64,000 nucleotides of DNA, taken from a virus. Its lineage: Duplodnaviria > Caudoviricetes. Position numbers and translations under genes: made by a program. A model generated the notes under the pieces. It made no database searches. It saw only the letters and a program-made list of their open reading frames with translations, and was not told where the DNA came from. The stretch lies in IMG/VR virus record IMGVR_UViG_2821731843_000002; one strand, written 5' to 3'. Shown one piece after another: positions 36,045 through 46,056 of this stretch (within the stretch, counting starts at the first letter, position 1; each line of letters starts with the position of its first letter).

Positions 36045-38452
36045 CAGCCAGTTCCTCGCGGGTCATTCAAAACGCGGTGCACAGTTCCTGGCGCGACGTT
36101 GCTGTCGTAATCCTCGACCACATCCACGGCGATATTCTGGGCGGTTTCCTCGACCGTGGCTTTGAATAAGGGGCTGGGCTGGATGCGCAGCAGCACAGAT
36201 TGCGGCCCGGAGTTTGAGCCGCCGGACAGGGGCTGTGCCGGTTGCATGCCGATGGTGCCACCGCTGGCCAGACCAGGGATATCAACACCGTCATTCATTG
36301 CCTGCAGCAGCGGGCGGTATTGCCGGGTTGCTTTTGCCGTGACCACGGTTTCGCCTGGGGAGAGCCAAGCCGGGACCTTGTCGTCTTTGTTGCCACCAGC
36401 GCCATAAACTGTCCCGCCATCGGCCAGGCCGATGCCCCCCAGGATCAGGCCGGTCAGACCGCCAGTATCTCCACCCAAGCCAAACAAATCGGCCCAGGGG
36501 CCGTCGCCCAGCAACAGCGCCTGCAGCGCGGCTGCAGCGATTGCAGCTTCAACCTGCTTCCAGGCATCCGCAGCCTGTTCGCCGCCTGCAACCATGCCTT
36601 CGGCTAGCGTTTGAATATTGCTGTCGAGAAAATCCGCAGTCTGGCTCGTCAGCTCAATCGCCTGCTGTTCCTTCAGGCGCTCACGGATCAGCTCTTCAAC
36701 GGCTTCGCGTTCGGCATCGGTGGCGTTTATCAAGACATCGCGAACACGGGCCATTTCTTGCAGAACAGGATCAGTTTCGCGCAAGACCTCCAGGCGTTCG
36801 CGTTCCCGCCCGATCAGTCTTTCAATGGCATCGCGTTCGGCGTTGATCTGGCTGGCACCACCACCACCGCCACCGCCGCCGCTGCGACGGGTGCTGGCGG
36901 AACGCGGATTTGGTGGCATGACCACGGGCGGGATATTCATGTCCGGGCGGGTGTAATCGATATTCCCCGCGCCAATACCTTCGCCACGGGGATCATAGAA
37001 ATCTGGATTTTGATTGATATTGGAGACGATTTCTTGGCCCCGCGCCTTCAGCAGGTTTGTGTTGAGCCGGTGCGCCTCATCTGCTGCCAGGGTAATGTTG
37101 CCAGCCATATCCACGTTTGCAACGCCGTTGGCGGCGTCCCAGGCTTCCATCAGTTCGGCCTTCAGGGCGTCGGCAATCTCGCGGGCTTGCGTTTGCTGCT
37201 GATAGATCGCGCGCTCTGCTTCCAGACGTTGCTCAGCAACCGCAACGCTGCCTTCGCCATGAACCGCAATTGTCGCTTGGATAGCGGCCTCGGCTCGAAG
37301 CTGCTGCAGGGTGTTGCGCGCGCTGGTGTCGATCTTAAGGCGCTGGCTCAGATAGTCCTGGGCAGAGGCCGCCATACTGGCCCAGAGGTCAGCGCCGGTT
37401 TTCTTCAGTTCCTGCCAAGGTTCCTGCAGGCGGCCGGCAAAAATTTCCAAATTGCGGATGAGACCGGCCAGACCGTCATAGAATTCCCGCTGTTTAGCAT
37501 TGAGGTTCTCTAATCCTCCCGAGGCGTCCAGAAGCATGGCCCGCACGTCCAGGGCGGCTTGTAGCTTGGTTGCAGGCTCCTCGCTGCTGTCCAAAATTTC
37601 CAGGTTCCTGGCGAACTCAACACCGGCCAGGCGGGCAGATTTTCGAATTGAATTCAGGCCAAGGAAATCCTGAGACGCAGTGGCAGAGCTGTGATCGTCC
37701 CACCAGGATAGCTCCAGCACCAGATTGCGGACACTGGTTGCCGTGGCATCCATCTGTTGTGAAGCGTCAAACTTTGCCAGAGCGGCCATGTCAGCCAGAA
37801 CAAGACGCAATGCAGGCGAGGCGGTGCCGAACTCTGCCAGCATATCGGCGGTGCTTTGACGGGCAGAGCGGGACTTTTCGGCAAAGGCATCAATGGCGTC
37901 GCCCACCGATTGGATGGCCTCTTCCAGGGTTTCGGCGTCCTCGTCCGCGCCGGTCAGCCAGTTTGACATGGCAGCAGCAGCGGCAATGGAGCCGATTGTG
38001 ATAATGCTGATGGGGCTAATCATGCCGAGAAACCCGGCCTTGAGGGATTTTACCGCACCGGCTGCGCCCATTGGACCGATGACCTGGCTAATCTGCGTAC
38101 CCTGTTGAATGGCAAGCTGCAGTGGGTTCTGACCGGCGGCCATCATCACGCCGATATCGTTGAACTGGGCTGTGAGGTTGCCGACCTGGCCCGCTGCGGC
38201 CCGCTGCGAATTGCCCATGGTCATGGCCTCGCGGGCGACGGATTGCTCCGCTGCAGCCATCGCTCTGGCTTTAGAGGCTGCGGCGGTAGAGGCCGCGCCC
38301 ATTTTCTTGGTCGCAGTTGTGGCTTTTACCTCGGCAACGTTGACGTCAGTCGTTGCCTTTTTGACGCTCTCTTTGGCGGCTTTGACTTCCTTCAACTCAG
38401 ACACAGCCTGACTGCCGTCCATTAAGACCTTTCCTGAGACTACAAACGACAT
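36044..38452 (-). CDS. Tail tape measure protein (lambda-like)
   Basis: Ala-rich helical; AQFNDIGVMMAAGQNPLQLAIQQGTQI; DKVPAWLSPGE. Confidence 0.88.
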   Translation of the reverse strand: MSFVVSGKVLMDGSQAVSELKEVKAAKESVKKATTDVNVAEVKATTATKKMGAASTAAASKARAMAAAEQSVAREAMTMGNSQRAAAGQVGNLTAQFNDIGVMMAAGQNPLQLAIQQGTQISQVIGPMGAAGAVKSLKAGFLGMISPISIITIGSIAAAAAMSNWLTGADEDAETLEEAIQSVGDAIDAFAEKSRSARQSTADMLAEFGTASPALRLVLADMAALAKFDASQQMDATATSVRNLVLELSWWDDHSSATASQDFLGLNSIRKSARLAGVEFARNLEILDSSEEPATKLQAALDVRAMLLDASGGLENLNAKQREFYDGLAGLIRNLEIFAGRLQEPWQELKKTGADLWASMAASAQDYLSQRLKIDTSARNTLQQLRAEAAIQATIAVHGEGSVAVAEQRLEAERAIYQQQTQAREIADALKAELMEAWDAANGVANVDMAGNITLAADEAHRLNTNLLKARGQEIVSNINQNPDFYDPRGEGIGAGNIDYTRPDMNIPPVVMPPNPRSASTRRSGGGGGGGGASQINAERDAIERLIGRERERLEVLRETDPVLQEMARVRDVLINATDAEREAVEELIRERLKEQQAIELTSQTADFLDSNIQTLAEGMVAGGEQAADAWKQVEAAIAAAALQALLLGDGPWADLFGLGGDTGGLTGLILGGIGLADGGTVYGAGGNKDDKVPAWLSPGETVVTAKATRQYRPLLQAMNDGVDIPGLASGGTIGMQPAQPLSGGSNSGPQSVLLRIQPSPLFKATVEETAQNIAVDVVEDYDSNVAPGTVHRVLNDPRGTG

Positions 38453-38453
38453 C

Positions 38454-38780
38454 TTACTTTCCGCTCCATTCGGCCAATGCGCCGCGTTCAATCATCTGCA
38501 CCTGGGCAAACAGATCCGGCGTCATATCCACCCCGGCCATTTGCCAGGCAGCCTGGGCACCTGGGTAGTTCAGCCCCGTCACCCGAAACGTCCCGTCAGG
38601 CATAGCAATGCGGGTGAACTGCGTGGTGACGTCCAGAAAGGCCTGCACAGCATCGACGTTTGCGGCCCAAACGCCGTGTTCGTGGTTAATGTCTGGCCCA
38701 ATGTCGTCCAGCGGGATGCCCAGCAATTCGCAATCGGTCTTGTCTTCGTCACAGTCTTCGTCACTGGGCCCGGTTTCCAT
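38454..38780 (-). CDS. C-terminal (T) part of tail assembly chaperone GT (DUF1799-like)
   Basis: In the -1 frame of 38816-39145 with open reading through the junction; GLNYPGA and QMIERGAL motifs. Confidence 0.75.
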   Translation of the reverse strand: METGPSDEDCDEDKTDCELLGIPLDDIGPDINHEHGVWAANVDAVQAFLDVTTQFTRIAMPDGTFRVTGLNYPGAQAAWQMAGVDMTPDLFAQVQMIERGALAEWSGK

Positions 38781-38815
38781 GAGCGTGCCCCGAACCCAGG
38801 CGCGCCCGGCCCAGA

Positions 38816-39145
38816 TCAGTTTCCCAGTGCGTCCTGGATTAGGGCCGTGGTGTAGGTTTTCAGTAGGGCCATGCGCACATAAGGCAGGTTCAACAGGCCC
38901 TCGCGGATCTCTTCGCTGTAGGGGATTGGCTTTTCCTTGTCGTCGACCAGGTCATCAGCGGAAATCATGACTTCCCGCAGAAATTCCTTGACGCCCTCCG
39001 TTTCAAACCAATCCAAACCCTCCGATTGGTCACTTGGAACGACCTTAAAAAGCCCTTTAAAGCTCTGTTCAAGGTGCCCATCCCCATCAGGGACTTTGAC
39101 TTTGACGGTGCGGGAAAACGTGGGGACGGTGACAACATTGAACAT
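38816..39145 (-). CDS. Tail assembly chaperone G
   Basis: Between tail tube and tape measure; ends in slippery site. Confidence 0.78.
   Translation of the reverse strand: MFNVVTVPTFSRTVKVKVPDGDGHLEQSFKGLFKVVPSDQSEGLDWFETEGVKEFLREVMISADDLVDDKEKPIPYSEEIREGLLNLPYVRMALLKTYTTALIQDALGN
38819..38825 (-). other. Programmed -1 ribosomal frameshift site G-GGA-AAC
   Basis: Slippery heptamer just before the TGA of the chaperone gene; -1 frame runs open into 38454-38780. Confidence 0.8.
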
Positions 39146-39163
39146 CAGGCGGGCTCCGGGAAA

Positions 39164-40099
39164 TTAAGTAAGGGTCAGCGACCACTGGTCGTTTTGAGTG
39201 GCGGCGCGCGGGATTAGCCGCAGGGGCCATTCTTTGATATTTTGGGACTGGCTAATGCTGGGGCGCTGCATTTGCGCCGTGGCCAGGCTCAGCGTGGCAA
39301 TGCTGCCAGCCGTCGTGCCGTGCACCAGGCTAACCGGGACCCGATCCATATTGACTGCCATGGTGAAGGGATCAAACGCGGTCAGTGGCTGCGCTTCAAC
39401 CGTGGTTTCAAACGTCTCGGATTTATCGGTGATCAACACCCGATCGGAGCCAACCAGGAAGCGCGGTTCAATCTTATTGCCCAGGGCCAGTTTGGCCGAT
39501 GACATGACAAAGGATGTGCCGTCGATAGTGAAGGTGGGAGTGTTCTTGGCTGAGACAATCTTGGGCTCTTTCCAGCTTGAGAGAACAACAACCGGGGCGC
39601 TGACTTCAGTCGGGATTGTAAATAGCCCGGTGAAGTCAAACTTGATTTTTGGCGTGGCCTGAGCGCTCAGGTCAAATTCCGCGGTGCCCCGTGCGCCCAG
39701 AATGACATAGCGGGTTTTGTCGATCACCATGTGAAAGGTGCCGCTCTCAAAGCTTTCACTGATCGGCGTATATTCCACGGATGTGCCTGCAGTAATGGTC
39801 TCGGCGGCACCGCAGGCGCGCAACAGGGCACCCCAGGCAGGGGCCGTTCCGGCGGTTCCGGAGGCGCTGAGATCCACTGTGAAGCTAAGAGTGGAATGCA
39901 GATCAGTTGGAATGGTGCCGTTTGCGCCCATGCCCGGCTGTTCCAGATCGCGCTCCTGGTCCTGGCCTTCCATGGGCTTCAGAGTGGCGTCCATGGCCAG
40001 CACGGCATTTGCCGCACCCGTGGGGCCGGGGTCGGTGCCATAGGTACTTTCCAGGGCAAACAGAATGCGCTTATTGCGCCAGAAGATTGGATCTGCCAT
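39164..40099 (-). CDS. Major tail tube protein
   Basis: ESTYGTD, PAWGALLRACG motifs; precedes chaperones; no sheath gene present. Confidence 0.8.
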   Translation of the reverse strand: MADPIFWRNKRILFALESTYGTDPGPTGAANAVLAMDATLKPMEGQDQERDLEQPGMGANGTIPTDLHSTLSFTVDLSASGTAGTAPAWGALLRACGAAETITAGTSVEYTPISESFESGTFHMVIDKTRYVILGARGTAEFDLSAQATPKIKFDFTGLFTIPTEVSAPVVVLSSWKEPKIVSAKNTPTFTIDGTSFVMSSAKLALGNKIEPRFLVGSDRVLITDKSETFETTVEAQPLTAFDPFTMAVNMDRVPVSLVHGTTAGSIATLSLATAQMQRPSISQSQNIKEWPLRLIPRAATQNDQWSLTLT

Positions 40100-40258
40100 T
40101 TACTTGGCCCCCTTTTTGGAACTGGGTTTTGGAGTTTGGATCTCAGGCTTGGCGGATTTGAGAGCCGGGTTAGAGGTTGGTTTTTCGACCTGCTTCAGGC
40201 TGCCATCGGGCTGGCGCACAAAGCTGCCGCCACCTTGCGGAATTTTGGGCTTCGTCAT
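40100..40258 (-). CDS. 52-aa Lys/Pro-rich small protein (not in ORF track)
   Basis: MTKPKIPQGGGSFVRQPDGSLKQVE...; coupled to both neighbours. Confidence 0.55.
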   Translation of the reverse strand: MTKPKIPQGGGSFVRQPDGSLKQVEKPTSNPALKSAKPEIQTPKPSSKKGAK

Positions 40259-40683
40259 GCTGAGATCCTCAGTTGGTCGGTGATTGAAAAGTCGATCTGA
40301 AACACCATTCGGCCCTGGTGCAGGGACAAGAGCTTGCCACGCTCAACCTGAAACACGCCGCTCACATCCTCGGGGGCCCATCCAGCAAGGGTGTCCACCA
40401 CTTCGCGGATCAGTGGGTCAATGCGTTTCAACGCCTTTTGCCCCGCCTTGTCATGGGCTGAGGCAATCAACAAAACGCCGATCACCTCATTTATGTCCTG
40501 GGTGAACATCCCAGCAGCGTCGCCTGGCTTGCCGCCCCTGAACCCCAATGGCACCACAATGGCGCTGGCATTGGCGGGCAGGCGTCCGGATTTCATCAGG
40601 TCAGCCAGATGGGCAACGGTTTCCACCTTGCCCTGCAGATCCGCGACCAGGGCATTCAGCCGGTCAGCAACGGCGTCAATCAT
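40255..40683 (-). CDS. Tail terminator (gp37-like)
   Basis: Position after gp36; LAGWAP motif. Confidence 0.7.
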   Translation of the reverse strand: MIDAVADRLNALVADLQGKVETVAHLADLMKSGRLPANASAIVVPLGFRGGKPGDAAGMFTQDINEVIGVLLIASAHDKAGQKALKRIDPLIREVVDTLAGWAPEDVSGVFQVERGKLLSLHQGRMVFQIDFSITDQLRISA

Positions 40684-41111
40684 CAGATGAACCCCGTCAT
40701 TTTGCTGGCTTCCAGCGGGCGTTCGCGGTCGGTGATCTTGACGCCGGTCTCGTCAGAGCCGGTTGGTTCAACGCCTGCGATGGGCAACCGAATAGTGCCT
40801 TTGGCGATGTCGCGCAGGGCAGTCACCGCGTCTTTGTACTCGCTTTGGATTTTGTCTGAGGCCTCATAGACGTGCAGCCGGTAGATGGTGATCGCCGTGG
40901 CAAGATCTGCAATCAACGGCGGCGTCTCAGACAGGGGCAAGGTGTAACGGCCATGCAAATAGCCGTCGATCACGGCTCCGGCACCCTCAACGGCCTGGGC
41001 GACTGTGTTTACGTCAACGGCCCCGGTGCTGACTTCACCCCGGTCTGTCAACTCGACCAGTAGGTTTTCACCATAGCGGTCGTTTAGCTCTTGCAGCGTG
41101 GTGTAGGCCAT
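40683..41111 (-). CDS. Mu gp36-like head-tail adaptor (DUF1320)
   Basis: MAYTT, IDGYLHGRYTLPL, YKDAVTAL motifs. Confidence 0.85.
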   Translation of the reverse strand: MAYTTLQELNDRYGENLLVELTDRGEVSTGAVDVNTVAQAVEGAGAVIDGYLHGRYTLPLSETPPLIADLATAITIYRLHVYEASDKIQSEYKDAVTALRDIAKGTIRLPIAGVEPTGSDETGVKITDRERPLEASKMTGFI

Positions 41112-41174
41112 GGGGCGCAGTCCGGTGTGAAGGGGTCAGGGGAGGGCGGCGCGATTACAACGCCGCCCTGTTGG

Positions 41175-41678
41175 TCAATCGGCCTCGGCGGCCTCTACGA
41201 CGCCCAGGTGTTCCAGGCGGAAGAACTGCTTTTGGGTCAGCTCGACTGTCTCGTCCGGGCCATAGTCCGTGCCGTTGTGCCTGAGCTGGTCGAGAACAAC
41301 GGCGGCCACCAGGTCTGAAACTGGTTTGGGCGTGGGGTCCGGCCCGGGTTTAGGCACTGGCTTGGGCTTAGGCACTGGCGTAGGAACCGGATCTGGGTCC
41401 GGAGTTGGTGCGGGAGCCGGTGCCGGATCAGGAATGGGGGCAGGAGCCGTATTTGTGGTCGGGGCAGGTTTATCCGCCCCGGCGTTTGGCTCTGGGTCTG
41501 TCCCCAGAGTGTCCTCTGACTTGGCCGCCACAGTTCCTTTGTCATCGATGCCAGCCGCTGCGTCCAATTGAGCCTCTTTCCCAGCGACAGCCTTTTTCAA
41601 CTTAACGTTGGAAATATTGCCGGGCAGCTCTAGGCCGAGCTCTTTGGCTCGAGCCAGCAGGGTTTCACGTTCACTCAT
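41175..41678 (-). CDS. Capsid-associated protein with helical N-domain, Pro-rich linker and small C-domain
   Basis: RETLLARAKELGL; (PX)n linker; LRHNGTDYGPDETVEL. Confidence 0.65.
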   Translation of the reverse strand: MSERETLLARAKELGLELPGNISNVKLKKAVAGKEAQLDAAAGIDDKGTVAAKSEDTLGTDPEPNAGADKPAPTTNTAPAPIPDPAPAPAPTPDPDPVPTPVPKPKPVPKPGPDPTPKPVSDLVAAVVLDQLRHNGTDYGPDETVELTQKQFFRLEHLGVVEAAEAD

Positions 41679-41692
41679 GATCTGACCCTCCC

Positions 41693-42670
41693 TTAGGCTG
41701 CGATTGCGTCTTGGATGAAGTAGCCGAGGTCTTTGGCGACGATCAGCTCTTTGACCCGCTCACCGCGTCGAATGCGGGTACCGCCCTGCAGGCCGATGTC
41801 TTTATCTTCAATGCGGCCTGCGATCTTGCCGCCATATTCAGCCGTCAGGCCCCAGGTCAGATCGCCACCTTCTGCGGTTGCCATCTTGTTGATGTGCAGC
41901 ATGGAGATGTGGTTGCCCCAGGCGCGTTGCAGGTTGGCGGCCTGCTTGGGCTTTGCGGCGTTGTAAAAGGCGTCACCGATCAGCAGGCGAGAAATGCCCT
42001 CGCCAGAGAACAGATCCACGAACTGCTGACGGGTGACAATGCCCTCAGAAGTCAGGTTGCCCTTGACTGCGTTGACGATCTTTGGGTGTGAGCTGAGTTT
42101 TGACCAGACTTTGCGGCCCATCACCATTGTGTTGGGCGGCAATATCAGGGTGCTTTCCAGGCCGGTCTTGATCAACGCGATGGGGTCGGAGCCTGCATAG
42201 TCAGAAAGTTGATCACTTCCGGATAGGGTAACTTTGCGGCCCGTGGCATAGTTGGCCGCATTGTGAACCATCTTCGCCACCCGAACTTCGCGGATATTGA
42301 GAATAGTTTCCGACAGCATTTCGACCGCGTGGCCTTCGGGGTCAAAGGCCGACAGGTTGTTGGCGCGGGCGTTTGCCGCCGCCTCGATGTCGGAGAACGG
42401 GATGGGTGCATCAAGGCCGTAGTCTTCGACTTCACTGGTCTTTTGAGTGCCGTTGAATTCCAACTGCTGGACGCGGCCTTTGCGCCCGACTTTGGCGTCG
42501 GGAACGTTAAAGGCCTCTTCAAGCGGGTATTCGGTCCAGCTGAACTTTTCACCACCGACGGCAGCGCGTGGCATGACCTCATCGGCGATGCGGGACACCG
42601 CAGGGTTCTTATAGCCAATCGCAATTGCAGAGAGGACGGGATCGACCTGGAAGGGACGTTTGGGAGCCAT
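41693..42670 (-). CDS. Major capsid protein (not Mu gpT type)
   Basis: VDPVLSAIAIGYKN start; follows protease and cement genes. Confidence 0.82.
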   Translation of the reverse strand: MAPKRPFQVDPVLSAIAIGYKNPAVSRIADEVMPRAAVGGEKFSWTEYPLEEAFNVPDAKVGRKGRVQQLEFNGTQKTSEVEDYGLDAPIPFSDIEAAANARANNLSAFDPEGHAVEMLSETILNIREVRVAKMVHNAANYATGRKVTLSGSDQLSDYAGSDPIALIKTGLESTLILPPNTMVMGRKVWSKLSSHPKIVNAVKGNLTSEGIVTRQQFVDLFSGEGISRLLIGDAFYNAAKPKQAANLQRAWGNHISMLHINKMATAEGGDLTWGLTAEYGGKIAGRIEDKDIGLQGGTRIRRGERVKELIVAKDLGYFIQDAIAA

Positions 42671-42691
42671 GTTTCAGATCCTTTCTAAAGA

Positions 42692-43072
42692 TTAGGCTTC
42701 GTGCAGCAGAGCAGGGGACAGGAAGGCGTCGATGACGTCACCGGTAACGCCAGGCTCATCGGCAAAACCGACAATGCGGATGGTGGTGGCAGTGGCGGCA
42801 ATAGCCGCAATGGCCTTGCCCTCGCCGTCTGAGGTCAGCGGATCACCTGCGGCGACGGTGCCGCCCAGTTCAACATGGACCAACCCGTCACGGTGCACGT
42901 CGCACATGCCGTCAAGCTCAGACCCCATGGCATCTGAGACGCCAAGACTTGAAGCCGTGTTGCTATCTGCTTGAGTGATGGTGTTACTGGAGGCGGCGTC
43001 GGAAAACATGACGATGCGGTAACCGGCTACAGCGGCGCCTGCCGGATAGGCGCGAATAAATGTCGGGATCAT
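42692..43072 (-). CDS. Capsid cement/decoration protein (DUF2190-like)
   Basis: VELGGTVAAGDPLTSDGEGKA motif. Confidence 0.75.
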   Translation of the reverse strand: MIPTFIRAYPAGAAVAGYRIVMFSDAASSNTITQADSNTASSLGVSDAMGSELDGMCDVHRDGLVHVELGGTVAAGDPLTSDGEGKAIAAIAATATTIRIVGFADEPGVTGDVIDAFLSPALLHEA

Positions 43073-44169
43073 GTTTGGGCTCCTTCAACGGCGCGCACGG
43101 CAACAGACATGCTGATGTCATTTCCGGCGGCTGCCTGGTCCGCCTGATAGACGGTGGCCTTGGCCGCCAGTTCAGCAGCATTCAGGGAAATGGCCCCGCC
43201 ATGTTCTGGAAGAACATCGGGAATAATCGCACCGTTCATTTTGGGCAGTGCGTTGATTTCCTTTTCAACCCGCTCGGGGTCCTGTTGGTGCATGGAAATG
43301 TAATGATCCTTCATCGGGCTTGGGATCATGCGGCCCTTTTCCATCTCGCCAGTGACGAATGACTTAGCCTTTTCCAAAGCGCGGTCATTAGTCAGAGCCG
43401 AAAGGTCGGTTTGCAGGCTGGTATTTGCCGCCTGCAGCTCAGCAACTGAGGCCTGCAGGGCGGTCTCGCCCCCCAAACCGGCCCTGGCAACCTTGGCTGC
43501 AGCCAGCACATCGCCGCCGTCAGCGACGCCCAGAACAGTGCCAATTTCGCCAAGCTGTGATTGCAGCTCGATTGTTGCGGTTGCGCCGCCGTCTTTCAAA
43601 GTGGTCAGCGCGGAGGAAATATCCTCTTCCGAGGCATCGGCGCTAAGCCCCAGCACCCCGGCGATGTTTTTCTGAAACGACATGTCGTCGGTCTCCTGGT
43701 TGAGCGAGGCAAGCCCGCGAAAGTTGGGTCGATTAACAAGACTGGCCCGCAAAATTCCCATGACGGACTTGGAAGCCTTGTCGGGGATGGCAATTACAGG
43801 GGAGAGGTTGCGATAGGCGCGTGTCGTCAGCAGGGAACGGCCTTCATCAGACCATTCAACCTTGCCCCAGATCCCATCTGTGCGGGCCTGCATTTCAACG
43901 ATCCAGCCGCGCGCTGGGGCGGGGAGCCCCTTTGGCGCGGCAAGGTCAATAGCGTGGTTTTCGTCAATGGGCAGGCGTTCGGCAAAGGCAAAACTGTCTG
44001 CAATGATCTTTTCCGCGTTGGTTACATGGTAGGGACCCCGCGCATCATTGGTTTGCACCAGGCCGTCGCTGGTGGGCAGCAGATGCACCCACTCAGGCAC
44101 CGCGCCCATGTCATCGGGCAGGAGCTGGGAATTCAACGCAACGGAGGTGGTTTGTGTGATTTTACTCAT
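43069..44169 (-). CDS. Prohead protease/scaffold, Mu gpI family
   Basis: LPIDENH, PARGW, YRNLSPV, SLVNRPN motifs. Confidence 0.88.
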   Translation of the reverse strand: MSKITQTTSVALNSQLLPDDMGAVPEWVHLLPTSDGLVQTNDARGPYHVTNAEKIIADSFAFAERLPIDENHAIDLAAPKGLPAPARGWIVEMQARTDGIWGKVEWSDEGRSLLTTRAYRNLSPVIAIPDKASKSVMGILRASLVNRPNFRGLASLNQETDDMSFQKNIAGVLGLSADASEEDISSALTTLKDGGATATIELQSQLGEIGTVLGVADGGDVLAAAKVARAGLGGETALQASVAELQAANTSLQTDLSALTNDRALEKAKSFVTGEMEKGRMIPSPMKDHYISMHQQDPERVEKEINALPKMNGAIIPDVLPEHGGAISLNAAELAAKATVYQADQAAAGNDISMSVAVRAVEGAQT

Positions 44170-44201
44170 GCCGCCATATTCGCAGCAGAGCTAAAACGCA
44201 G

Positions 44202-44225
44202 ACACCCGCAACAGCTTGCGGGTGT
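44202..44225 (-). promoter_or_regulatory. Late-promoter dyad ACACCCGCAA-CAGC-TTGCGGGTGT upstream of gpI
   Basis: Perfect 10-bp arms; related copy at 53322-53345; -10-like GAATAT at 44181-44176. Confidence 0.75.
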
Positions 44226-44285
44226 GGGGGTATCATGGCGTGTTGGACAAGATGACGAGGAAATCCGTGCCAGTCAATCTGCCAG

Positions 44286-44777
44286 TCAATCCTGGCTGTT
44301 AGCGGCCTCTTCCAGCCAGTCTTCCAGCTCGGCCAGGATACCGGCCTCATCGTCATCAGACAAGCCAATGAAAGGACGGGCAGGAATGGTGCCCCAGGGA
44401 AGTGAAGCCCCATTCGCCTCCTTACCAAAAGCCCCCTTGGCCGCACCAAACTGCATCACGGCGGCTTGAATGGCGTTTGAGCCATATTCGACGCCGTCTT
44501 TGTCCGCATCATAAAACAGCGTGTTGCGCATATCGCCTGATTGATTCAGTGGCGCCCCAAAACTCAGGCTCAGTTTGGCGTAGCGATCCAGGGTGGTTTG
44601 AGAGCGCGGCGCAAAGGGAGAGCCGTCGGGTTGTTCGCCGTCACGCATGCGGTCCTGGGCTGAGGCCACCAGCAACTCGCCAATGTCGGCCATCACCAGC
44701 GACATGTCCTCAACTGCGGCGGCCACCGCAGCCAGAGCCGGGTCCAGGGTGTCTGTATTGTACTCAATACTGGCCAT
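44286..44777 (-). CDS. Phage virion morphogenesis protein (gpG-like)
   Basis: QPDGSPFAP, GSNAIQAAVMQFG, IPARPFIG motifs. Confidence 0.85.
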   Translation of the reverse strand: MASIEYNTDTLDPALAAVAAAVEDMSLVMADIGELLVASAQDRMRDGEQPDGSPFAPRSQTTLDRYAKLSLSFGAPLNQSGDMRNTLFYDADKDGVEYGSNAIQAAVMQFGAAKGAFGKEANGASLPWGTIPARPFIGLSDDDEAGILAELEDWLEEAANSQD

Positions 44778-45069
44778 AGCGATTTCACCTTTGCTTTCGC
44801 TGGGGGCATTAGACCGCCAGGTTCCTTTGCTGAACTATACAGGGATCGCGCAAAACCCATAGCCGCCGATGCGAATATCGCAGGAAATTAAACCGAGGCG
44901 GTGAACTGCAATCATTCACTGCGGTGAGTGCGAGTGACTAGGTTGCGGACTTTAACTCTGCTCGTCGCTGTAAGGCCAAAGACCGCTTTCAGATCTGGAG
45001 TTTCGCAAAGGCTTCACGGTGAGACAATTTACTCTCTTACCATGAAATAGCACTTTTAAAGGTCGGCAT

Positions 45070-46056
45070 TCATTGGCTTGAATCGCCAGTGATAGATGAA
45101 AGTTCTTCAAGAATTGTAGTTCGAAGGTGGCGATTAGAAATTTGTCCTCGATCAAAAACGCGTTCTATTGGTATCCCGAATTCTGCCATGAGATCACTGA
45201 TCAGTTTCCGAAGACTGAAAATTTGGTCATTGGATAAGTCACATTTAATTGTGCCTGCAAGTTCCTCCCAAAGAGGGCAGTTGATATAGATACCAATAGT
45301 ATTTTCATTACTCCCAGAAAGGACTGCTGGCGCCTTTGAAATGCTTCTACCGTTTTCAATAGTGCCTTGGGACGTAATGAGGAAATGTGCACCTACATCC
45401 GAAAAACCTAGAGAGCTTATCTGAAATTTTTTTATATTCAAAATATTGTCAGACTGAACGGGTGCGATAATGATTCGATTTATTTCTCGGCCCGTGTCAC
45501 CATATTGAGTTGGAGACGGCAATATGGATGAAATTCCAGCCTCTCTTACCAGACGTTGCAATTCGGCTTTCTGCGTATCCAACTCTTGACGTAAAATGTC
45601 CAAAGCAGGATTTTCTAACGGTGGCTCTCCGGTTGGTGTGTCACGCGCCAATTCTTGTAGTGCCGCTGATATCTCGTTCGTTTTCGTGGTCAAGTTCGCT
45701 TCAAGTTGAGCTAACTTTTCAAGCCGAACGACTTCTTCATTAGCCCATAGCTTTGCGTCTTCGTCATCAAGCGTTCTTGCAAGGTACCTCAAAACAAAAA
45801 CTCGCTCTGCCCCTTGCTGCGCGAGTGTATTGTTTACGATGGAGAACTCAAGAGATTGGTTGTCATTTGCGTTTTTTAAACTCTGCTCTCTTGTTTTTTC
45901 CACCGCGAGTTCAATGTCTTGCTGCTTTGATAGATAATCGCTTACAACTTCTGGCACAGTTAGAAACGCACCTATGACACCAACAATTGCAGTAACCCAT
46001 TTTGGATTGTGCCATACTGGTTTAGGATCACTTTTTTTTGCAACTCCATTGGGCAT
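45070..46056 (-). CDS. AT-rich moron: TM anchor, coiled coil and degenerate amidase-2/PGRP-like domain
   Basis: INRIII..., DVGAHFLI...GTIENGR, SNENTIGI pattern of T7-lysozyme fold without the usual Zn-ligand His residues. Confidence 0.7.
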   Translation of the reverse strand: MPNGVAKKSDPKPVWHNPKWVTAIVGVIGAFLTVPEVVSDYLSKQQDIELAVEKTREQSLKNANDNQSLEFSIVNNTLAQQGAERVFVLRYLARTLDDEDAKLWANEEVVRLEKLAQLEANLTTKTNEISAALQELARDTPTGEPPLENPALDILRQELDTQKAELQRLVREAGISSILPSPTQYGDTGREINRIIIAPVQSDNILNIKKFQISSLGFSDVGAHFLITSQGTIENGRSISKAPAVLSGSNENTIGIYINCPLWEELAGTIKCDLSNDQIFSLRKLISDLMAEFGIPIERVFDRGQISNRHLRTTILEELSSITGDSSQ

